A DNA stretch of 64,000 bases from Clostridiales bacterium (lineage in GTDB: Bacteria > Bacillota > Clostridia > Christensenellales > Aristaeellaceae): positions 10,447-74,446 of the forward strand of contig JAIKYG010000003.1 of assembly GCA_024683475.1 (NCBI GenBank), written 5' to 3'. Under the pieces are notes generated by a model. It had not been told where the DNA came from. It saw only the letters and a program-made list of their open reading frames with translations, and made no database searches. The position numbers were made by a program, and so were the translations under genes. This document shows, one piece after another, positions 47,971 to 55,900 of this stretch. Within the stretch, counting starts at the first letter, position 1, and the number at the start of each line of letters is the position of its first letter.

Positions 47971-48666
47971 TTATTTCTTTTGCCCGTAATAGGCGTTTTT
48001 ACCGTGTTTTCTGTAGAAATGTTTATCCTGCACCCTCTGAGCAAGCTCCTCGCACTGGGGATTGAGAGTCTTGGTCAGATAAGCCATCTTTGCCACTTCT
48101 TCCAATACGGCTGCGGAGTATACCGAAGCCATCGCATCCTTGCCCCATGTGAAAGGACCGTGACCCTTCACAAGGCAGCCGGGCGTATACAGGGGGTCTT
48201 TGCCCGCGAACGCTTCGGCGATGACCGTCGCCGTGTTCGCTTCATACCCGGCGTCGATCTCTGCCTGTGTGAGCAGGCGCGTGACAGGCACGGTGCCGCG
48301 GAACTGATCGGCGTGGGTCGTTCCCAGACAGTCTATAGGTGTGCCTGCCTGCGCAAAAGCGGTCGCGAAAGTGGAATGGGTATGCGTGATGCCTCCTACA
48401 TCGCTGAAAGCCCTGTACAGTCCGAAATGTGTGGGCGTATCGCTGGAAGGATTCAGGTCGCCTTCCAGCTTTTTGCCGGTCTCTAACGACAGCACGACCA
48501 TATCCTGCCAAGTGAGCTTTTCATATTCGACTCCGCTGGGCTTAATGGCGAAAGCCGCGGTCATCCTGTCCGCCTGGCTCACGTTTCCCCAAGTATAGAT
48601 AACCAGTCCCCGGTGATAAAGCTCCATGTTGGCGTCATACGCGCGCTTCTTAAGTTCGCTAAACAT
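47971..48666 (-). CDS. araD: L-ribulose-5-phosphate 4-epimerase (class II aldolase fold)
   Basis: LVIYTWGNVS, GGITHTHSTFATAFAQ and the C-terminal FYRKHGKNAYYGQ are characteristic. Confidence 0.85.
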   Translation of the reverse strand: MFSELKKRAYDANMELYHRGLVIYTWGNVSQADRMTAAFAIKPSGVEYEKLTWQDMVVLSLETGKKLEGDLNPSSDTPTHFGLYRAFSDVGGITHTHSTFATAFAQAGTPIDCLGTTHADQFRGTVPVTRLLTQAEIDAGYEANTATVIAEAFAGKDPLYTPGCLVKGHGPFTWGKDAMASVYSAAVLEEVAKMAYLTKTLNPQCEELAQRVQDKHFYRKHGKNAYYGQKK

Positions 48667-48669
48667 ATA

Positions 48670-49257
48670 TTACTTATCCACCCTGTCCATGAGGTTGCTT
48701 TTGGTATTGATCAGCACTGCGGCAACGCAGGTGAAAACCATCTCGGGGATCATGTACGAAGCATTATATACTATACTGTAGATCGGCGATACCATGCCCA
48801 TATCGTTCGGCCAAAGCGCGTCCCAGATCCACCAGCCGGAGATGAAATGACACACGAGCCTGAGCGTGAAGGTGAAAACGATACCCAGTATAATTGATTT
48901 CGCGTCAGCATGCTTTTCCGCGGAGAATATACCGCTCAAGCCGATAACGGTATAAGCAATAATATAGTCTAACAGGATAATGCCGACCGCCATGAGAAAA
49001 CCGGTCGCGTACTGGACGTTATCCAGACCGAAAACAAGCTGCAGCAGGCTGTGGGCAAACGCAGTCAGCATTCCGATTACTGTGCCGTGACGTCTGCATA
49101 CGATTATAAGGGGCAGCATGGACAATGCGGTCACGCCGCCGCCGAAGCCCCAGAACAGCTTTTCGATCTTGAAGAAGCTGAGGATGTTGGCTATGGCCAG
49201 CAGCACGGCGCACTCAACCAGCACATTCGTGTTTTTGATGGATTTCAGAGAACTCAT
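48670..49257 (-). CDS. thiT: ECF-type thiamine transporter S component ThiT
   Basis: 195-aa, roughly 6-TM protein directly behind a TPP riboswitch. Confidence 0.7.
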   Translation of the reverse strand: MSSLKSIKNTNVLVECAVLLAIANILSFFKIEKLFWGFGGGVTALSMLPLIIVCRRHGTVIGMLTAFAHSLLQLVFGLDNVQYATGFLMAVGIILLDYIIAYTVIGLSGIFSAEKHADAKSIILGIVFTFTLRLVCHFISGWWIWDALWPNDMGMVSPIYSIVYNASYMIPEMVFTCVAAVLINTKSNLMDRVDK

Positions 49258-49277
49258 ACCGTTACCTCCATGATAAC

Positions 49278-49408
49278 AAAAAAGTATGCCCCATCTTATG
49301 CGGCATACGGCTGCGGTATTAGCTGCATCCCTACGCCGGCATAATCCGGATCAGGTTTTGGGGATTTCGGGCGATGCCCTCTCTCAGCCTTTCGGCTCTC
49401 CCTGCGCT
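49278..49408 (-). promoter_or_regulatory. TPP (THI-box) riboswitch with terminator expression platform
   Basis: The minus strand reads ...GGGAGAGCcgaaagGCUGAGAgagggc...CCCcaaAACCUGAUCCGGAUUAUGCCGGCGUAGGGA. It is followed by hairpin GUAUGCC/GGCAUAC plus U6 (49278-49308), then RBS GGAGGU. Confidence 0.9.
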
Positions 49409-49412
49409 GCAT

Positions 49413-49441
49413 ATTATATTTCTGCGCCGCTTATATTTCAA
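49413..49441 (-). promoter_or_regulatory. sigma-A promoter driving the TPP riboswitch-thiT transcript
   Basis: On the minus strand: TTGAAA (49436-49441), 17 nt, TATAAT (49413-49418). Confidence 0.6.
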
Positions 49442-49637
49442 GCTGTATTCTAAACTTAACAGATTCGGTGATGACATGACTGTAAGAGAATCAAAAAACT
49501 TAGTCAGAATAAACAGCATTTCTTGCAGAAGAAGTACATTATTTTGCCCGCCTATTGACTGTGCTGCGATTTATCGGGCGGTCGTTGTATTGATCCTAGA
49601 AAAACACGACTGATGTGGAAACGTTGATGTATAACAA

Positions 49638-49678
49638 AAAGCCCCAAATCACCGTATTGACCGGTTATTTGGGGCTTA
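49638..49678 (-). terminator. intrinsic terminator after tRNA-Thr
   Basis: On the minus strand: GCCCCAAAUaaccggucaauacggugAUUUGGGGC + UUUUU. Confidence 0.7.
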
Positions 49679-49751
<73 letters not shown>

Positions 49752-49832
49752 GCGCTGACAGCTTATTTATATTACCACAGAGGCTATAAGCTGTCAAGCG
49801 CATCAAACAGATTTAACAAAAATAGTTCTTAG

Positions 49833-52145
49833 TTACAGCTGCTTGCGGATTATCTTGCCGCTGGTCGTCTTGGGCAGTTCGTCCCTGAACACCACGATCC
49901 TGGGATACTTGTAAGGAGCCGTGCGCTGTTTGACGTAATTCTGGATCTCTTTTTTGAGCTCCTCGGTGCCTTCGGTGCCCTTTGTAAGCACTATGCTGGC
50001 TTTGACAACCTGTCCGCGAACGGGATCGGGTTTGGGAGAAACGCCGCACTCCAGCACGTAAGGCAGTTCCATAATGACGTTCTCGATCTCAAACGGCCCG
50101 ATCCTGTAGCCGGAAGACTTGATGACGTCGTCCACCCTGCCCACATACCAGAAATAGCCGTCCTCATCCCGCCAGGCGGTGTCGCCCGTATGGTAGTAAC
50201 CGTCGGAGGTATCTATGGCGGGCATGCCCTTTTCCTTGTCGTAATAGCCGGAGAACAGACCGTAGGGCCACGCCTTATCAACGCGTATGACGATCTCGCC
50301 GACCTCGCCCACCTGCACGCTTTTGCCCTGCGAATCCACAAGGTCAACATCGTAGCCCGGTACGGGTTTGCCCATTGAGCCGATCTTGGGCTGCATGCCT
50401 CTCAGGTTCGCGATCATTACGGTAGTCTCGCTCTGCCCGAAGCCTTCCATCACGCTCAGACCCGTGGATTCCTTGAACCTGTTGAAGACTTCCGGATTCA
50501 GCGCCTCTCCGGCGATCGCCGCGTGACGGATGCCGCTCAGATCGAAATTGCTCAGGTCCTGCTTTATCATGAAGCGGTACATCGTAGGCGGTGCGCAGAA
50601 GCTGGTTATGCCGTACTTTGCGAACATGGGCAGTATGTCGGAAGCGTCAAAACGGTCAAAGTCGTACACGAACACCGCGCACTCGTTCAGCCACTGTCCG
50701 TAAAGCTTGCCCCACATGGACTTTGCCCAGCCGGTATCGGAGATCGTCAGATGGAGTCCGTTCTCGCTGGTCTGCTGCCAGTAGCGCGCCGTGACAAAGT
50801 GTCCAAGCGGATATTTGTGGCAGTGTGTCGCGATCTTGGGATACCCTGTGGTGCCGCTGGTAAACACCATGAACAGCAGATCGTCGCCTTCAGGACGCTG
50901 TCCGTTTTGGGAAACATAGGTGGAACGGAACATGCGGAATTCGCTGTCGAAATCGTGCCAGCCTTCTCTCGTGCCGTCTACCATGATCTTGAGTTTGACC
51001 GTAGGCGACAGGGCGCACGCTTTTTCCACTTCGTCCGCGCAGCTGCCCAGAGACGTGCACATGACTGCGCTGACACCCGCGGTGTTGAACCGGTACGTCA
51101 GATCTTTTTCCAGAAGCTGGTTAGCCGCAAGCACGCCGACGGCGCCTATCTTATTGAGCGCCATCATGGCGATCCAGAACTGGTAATGCCGCCTGAGCAT
51201 CATGAGCACACGGTCGCCCTTCTTTATTCCCAAAGAGGTAAAGTAATTCGCGGCGCGGTTGGACAGCCTGGAAATGTCGGAAAAAGTAAACCTGGTCTCC
51301 ACCTTGTCGTGTGAAACGTGCAGAAGCGCCAGTTTGTCCGGCTTGGCTTTTGCCAGAACGTCGACCACATCGAAGGCGAAATTGAAGTGTTCCGTATTTT
51401 TATAGGATATGCTCTTAAGCGAACCGTCCTCGTTTTCATCGACATCGATGTACTTCGCCCAGATGCGCGCGCTGTCCGTTTCTTCTTTAGGCAGCGTCTT
51501 GACTTCCGCCTGCGCCAAAGCAGTCTCGGTCTTTGCGGAAAGCTCGGGCACGGGTTCGCCGCTAGGATTCAGCACTATCGCGTAGAAAAGGCAGTCTTCT
51601 CCGCCTACGGCGATCATTCCGTGAGGAGTGGCAGAATCGTAATAGATGCTGTCGCCTTCGGAAAGGATCTCCCAGTGGGTGCCTACCTGGACTTTAAGTT
51701 TGCCTTTTATGATTATGTCGCATTCCTGTCCGGCGTGACTGGTGAGCTCTATATCCCTGTACTGGGCTTCTTCGCTGTAGGCAGCGTTTACATACAGCGG
51801 CTCCGCGATGCGGTTTTTGAACTGGGCGGCAAGGTTGTAATAGATCATGCCGTGCGCCTGCTCGATACGCTGGCCTTCCCCGTTTCGCGTTACAGTGTAA
51901 TTGCTGAGGCGCGGGCTTGTGCCTTCGATGATATCCGTGACGTCGACGCCCAGCACCAGTGCGCAGCGGTAAATAAAGGCAAAGTTAAGATCGCTTCTGC
52001 CCTCTTCGCACATTACGTACTCTTCGAGGCTCACGCCCGTTTTAAGCGCCATATCCTCCCGGGATATGTTTTCGATAAGCCTGAGCTCCTTAATGCGCCC
52101 GGCCATCTCCTGCAGCTTAAACTCCAGCCCAGTCGTCTGTTTCAT
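49833..52145 (-). CDS. fusion protein: XRE-type HTH + cupin + AMP-forming medium-chain-type acyl-CoA synthetase
   Basis: aa 1-75 are an HTH_3 domain (IKELRLIENISREDMALKTGVSLEEY). aa ~110-215 are a cupin (SHAGQECDIIIKG...GDSIYYDSATPHG). aa ~250-770 are adenylate-forming (FTSGTTGYPK, YHTGD, SSGYRIGPFEIE, TTSGKIIRKQL). ATG 52145 lies behind GGGAGG. Confidence 0.85.
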   Translation of the reverse strand: MKQTTGLEFKLQEMAGRIKELRLIENISREDMALKTGVSLEEYVMCEEGRSDLNFAFIYRCALVLGVDVTDIIEGTSPRLSNYTVTRNGEGQRIEQAHGMIYYNLAAQFKNRIAEPLYVNAAYSEEAQYRDIELTSHAGQECDIIIKGKLKVQVGTHWEILSEGDSIYYDSATPHGMIAVGGEDCLFYAIVLNPSGEPVPELSAKTETALAQAEVKTLPKEETDSARIWAKYIDVDENEDGSLKSISYKNTEHFNFAFDVVDVLAKAKPDKLALLHVSHDKVETRFTFSDISRLSNRAANYFTSLGIKKGDRVLMMLRRHYQFWIAMMALNKIGAVGVLAANQLLEKDLTYRFNTAGVSAVMCTSLGSCADEVEKACALSPTVKLKIMVDGTREGWHDFDSEFRMFRSTYVSQNGQRPEGDDLLFMVFTSGTTGYPKIATHCHKYPLGHFVTARYWQQTSENGLHLTISDTGWAKSMWGKLYGQWLNECAVFVYDFDRFDASDILPMFAKYGITSFCAPPTMYRFMIKQDLSNFDLSGIRHAAIAGEALNPEVFNRFKESTGLSVMEGFGQSETTVMIANLRGMQPKIGSMGKPVPGYDVDLVDSQGKSVQVGEVGEIVIRVDKAWPYGLFSGYYDKEKGMPAIDTSDGYYHTGDTAWRDEDGYFWYVGRVDDVIKSSGYRIGPFEIENVIMELPYVLECGVSPKPDPVRGQVVKASIVLTKGTEGTEELKKEIQNYVKQRTAPYKYPRIVVFRDELPKTTSGKIIRKQL

Positions 52146-52386
52146 AGTTTCCTCCCAATAAAAAATCTCAGGACAGATCCTGAGACGGAAAAACCGCGGT
52201 ACCACTCAATTTCGTGTAAAACACGCACTCAAAACCCGTAACGCGGGCACACGGAGGGTTCTACTTGCCAAACGGCTTTCTTCCCCCGGCGGTAAAGCCA
52301 CACTGTTTCATCCGGGCGTCGCCTCGCACCATCCGGCGGCTCTCTTCAGCCTTATTGCTGGAACAGACTCTTTACCATTGCCATTA
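52146..52386 (-). promoter_or_regulatory. T-box riboswitch leader (specifier uncertain) upstream of the HTH-cupin-acyl-CoA synthetase gene
   Basis: Minus-strand elements are as follows. Stem I (52288-52382) has AG-bay AGAGAG and distal loop GGAUGGUGCGA. Stem II has a GAA/AGUAG S-turn. The F-box-like element is GCCCGCGUUACGGGU. Stem III is CGUGU-uuu-ACACG. The T-box sequence is AAAUUGAGUGGUACCGCGG (52194-52212). The terminator is UCUCAGGAUCUGUCCUGAGA+U6 (52160-52185). Confidence 0.85.
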
Positions 52387-52393
52387 TTTTGAA

Positions 52394-52422
52394 ATTTTAA
52401 CAGCGTATCGAAAAAATGTCAA
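52394..52422 (-). promoter_or_regulatory. sigma-A promoter of the T-box leader
   Basis: On the minus strand: TTGACA (52417-52422), 17 nt, TAAAAT (52394-52399). Confidence 0.65.
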
Positions 52423-52505
52423 GCAAAGATTGTGTATATTTTGCCCGTATAACGCGCGAAAATGGCTTGGACGCAAAATATTAACAAACTCGGTGAAGAT
52501 ATTTC

Positions 52506-52534
52506 TTGACAAGCAATCTGTCTGAATGTATAAT
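52506..52534 (+). promoter_or_regulatory. consensus sigma-A promoter of the tRNA-Ser pair
   Basis: TTGACA (52506-52511), 17 nt, TATAAT (52529-52534), 15 nt before the first tRNA. Confidence 0.75.
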
Positions 52535-52549
52535 AAGTGTTACCGGTTT

Positions 52550-52635
52550 GGAGAGATGGCCGAGTGGTTGAAGGCGCCGGTCTTGAAAACCGGTGATGTC
52601 GAAAGGCACCGGGGGTTCGAATCCCTCTCTCTCCG
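52550..52635 (+). tRNA. tRNA-Ser (anticodon UGA)
   Basis: Acceptor GGAGAGA/TCTCTCC, anticodon arm CCGGT-CTTGAAA-ACCGG, long variable arm, T loop TTCGAAT. Confidence 0.9.
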
Positions 52636-52652
52636 TCAGTTTCGTCCGCTTT

Positions 52653-52741
52653 GGAGAAGTACCCAAGTGGCCGAAGGGGCTCCCCTGCTAAGGGAGTAGG
52701 GTGGGATAACCGCCGCCCGGGTTCAAATCCCGGCTTCTCCG
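52653..52741 (+). tRNA. tRNA-Ser (anticodon GCU)
   Basis: Acceptor GGAGAAG/CTTCTCC, anticodon arm CTCCC-CTGCTAA-GGGAG, long variable arm, T arm CCGGG-TTCAAAT-CCCGG. Confidence 0.9.
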
Positions 52742-52744
52742 CTT

Positions 52745-52776
52745 CTCAGAGTCGAAAGACTCTGAGTTTTTTTTTT
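52745..52776 (+). terminator. intrinsic terminator after the tRNA-Ser pair
   Basis: CTCAGAGTC-gaaa-GACTCTGAG followed by T10. Confidence 0.85.
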
Positions 52777-52858
52777 GCCTTCGTATTTGCCTTCTCATCC
52801 GGTGCTGATTTGTTTATTTGTTACTACTTTATACGGGAAAATTGTATCAGGCGTGAGG

Positions 52859-52888
52859 TTGCGCCGTATGTTCAAAATGTGTTATAAT
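52859..52888 (+). promoter_or_regulatory. candidate extended -10 promoter for the giant secreted-protein gene
   Basis: TTGCGC (52859-52864), 18 nt, TGtTATAAT (52880-52888). RBS AAGGAGGAG lies at 52917-52925. Confidence 0.4.
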
Positions 52889-52928
52889 TATAATGTAGTT
52901 CAATAGCTTAAGCAATAAGGAGGAGAGT

Positions 52929-55900
52929 ATGAAAAAGCTTGTCGCTTTCCTGCTGGCTCTGATCATGCTTCTGAGCCTCGCACAGACTGTGCCCATCGCG
53001 AACGCGGACGCCCCCCACACCCACAAATGGACGAAAGTGGAAGGCGTAAACCCCACGTGCACCATTGATGGCTGGGCATATTATTATTGCAGCGGATGCG
53101 GAGAATACAGAGATGAATCGCTGCCCGCGCTCGGTCACGACTGGGCAATAAAAGTATATACGAGCTACGCCGACTGCACCCATTACGGAGTGTTCTATTG
53201 GGTTTGCGCCCGCTGCGGCGCGCACTCGGCTACCGGCAATGACAAACCTCTCGGCCATGACTGGGGCGAGTGGAAAATCATCAAATATCCCACTCCCGAA
53301 GAAAACGGCCTCATGGAACGGGAATGCCAGCGCTGCGGCATTACGGAGCAAAAGACCATCACCATGGACGACATCCCGAACAGCGGGCTCAGGATCGAGG
53401 CCTGGGTAGTCTACGATACCGAATATGAGATCGGCGAGATGGGCAACTTTATAGTTAAATTCATAAACACATCCGACGCGCCTACCCTTCTGACCGGCAT
53501 AGATCTTTCATTTGCCGACGGTTCTGAAGACACGATCGATTTCAATGCTGCGTCTCCGCTGATTCTTGCCTCCGGCGAATCCACGACCGTGAATGCTGCG
53601 TATTGGATGAACGCGGACAACAAGGCGCATGACGACGATGACTATATCGATATCGATGTCACGGGCAGAGGCAAGCCCAACGGCAAAAACGACGAAATAC
53701 AATCCAATACCGTTTCTATCACATTCAGACTGAAAACCGAGGAAGATCCCGAGGAAAAGCCCGACCTGCTGCTCGGCGTATCTCCAAGAGTCAACGGCAT
53801 GAACACTTCTACCGTCAAAGTCGGGGACACGGTTTATTTCGATTACAGCCTTACGAACAATACAGAGAACGAGCTTGAGATCGCCAACATCAGGGAGTGG
53901 TACGGCGAAGCCAACATCGACAATGCAGATCCCTTCAGCGGCAATTACCTGAAAGCCGGAGAGACCAGGACGAGCTCCGCTTCCGGCGCCAAGGAATTGA
54001 TACCATATGTCGTGAAACTGGAGGATTTTGTCGGCGGCAAACTGAAAATCAACTTCTTTGCCGTAGGCCGCGATTACATCGATCATCCTTCCAACGTACT
54101 GTATGACCTCGCCTATACCAACAGCGTTGTTATCGAGCTTACGCTCGAAAATTATAAACCCTCATTCTCGCTGCAGGCGGAACTGATCGACTATCCACCG
54201 TTCAAGCTTGACCAGGATTACGCCTCCATCAACGTAATAATCGAGAACACTTCCGACAAAGACTTTATCGTCACCAGGCTGTACTACTATTCCGATAATG
54301 CCACAGCCTACACTATTGATCATCCTTTCGGCGACCTCGTATTCAAGCCGAACGATGTGCACAATCTCACGGTCAGTTATCTGGTTTCCTCCGCCGACCT
54401 CTGGCACAGCGACGAAGACATAGTTATCACTTTCGGCGCTGAAGCCGCCGTGGTGGATTCCGAAAGCGAAATGCCGATCTACAGCAACGAGGATGACGTG
54501 GACATTCCCTGGTACGAAGATCCCAACCTGGTCTTATACAAGTACACGGAAGGCCACGAATATGACGGCTACGTATACTCCGCGGGCGATCCCGTCGTAT
54601 ATAAGATCTTCATCCATAACACTTCGAAAGACCGTCCGATCTACTGCGCGACGATCTACGACGAACCCGAAGGACACGAACGGGTAACCGTCGCATCCTT
54701 CGACGAGATCGCGCCGCTGCAAAGCAATGAAGGCGAAGAGATAATCTATACCTACTACCTGACTCAGCAGGATATAGATGACTCCGTACAATTGTCTGAC
54801 GGGAAGTATTATTTCCGGAATAACGTTTACGCCAGCTATTACGTAAACGCCGGAAAATCGGGCGATCTCACCTGGAGGGACGACTACTGCTACGTTCCCG
54901 TTGACAAATATGACAAGTCTGATGTGGAGATCATAAAGACCGAGATCAGCCATTATGACGAGAGCAAAGGCTACTACGGAGCCGGCGAAGAGATAAAGTA
55001 TACCATAACCGTCGTCAACAATTCGGATCATCCCATACATATTTTGGGTATATACGACAGTTATGACAGCGATGCTGTTGCCGCAGACATCATCCTGCAC
55101 GCCACGGAATCCTACTCGGCGGATTATAAGATAACCGTGACCGAATATGAAGTCTCCTGGTTCCCGTCCATTTACAACCAGGCCTGGGTCAAATACGAAG
55201 AAGACGTCGACGGCGAGCAAAAGGAAGACCTCCGGTATTCCAACATAGTCGAAAGCCCCATCGGTCCCAAGCCCGAAGAGCATACCGAAGGTGATTCTGA
55301 AGCGCCCACGGTGATCAAGACTGCCGAGAACATGCCCAAGAACGGCTCTTACTATCAAAAGGACGAGCTGATACACTACGTTTTCAGCATTACCAACAAC
55401 TCTGACGAGACCCTTTTCGACACGAAGATCACCGACGAGATGAAAGGCAAAAACGAGGACGCCGATATCTGGATCGGCGACGTTCTGCCGCACGAGACCG
55501 CTATGGGAGACTTCTATTACACGGTCAAAGCGGAAGACTGCGTCGGCTTCCTCTACAACGAAGGCAGTATGTCTTACACTTCGGCAGACGGCGAGAGCCA
55601 CGTGATCTACCCCATCCCCTGCACCGTCGAGACCGAGATCATAGACCCTGTTCCGGAGGCGCCCAATGTAGTATTGGTCAAGAGCGCGCCCTTTGCACCC
55701 AAGGATGGACCGTTCTTCGTCGAAAACGAATCGATAGAGTATTGGATCGACGCTTCCAACCTTTCCGACGACCCGATATACGATCTTGAAATATACGATG
55801 ACCTTTTCGACGTGAATGCTCCGCTTGTGACGGTGCCTTACCTTGCACCATGGTCCAGCACGATCACTTACAAATTCTGCCATATGGTCACCAAGGAAGA

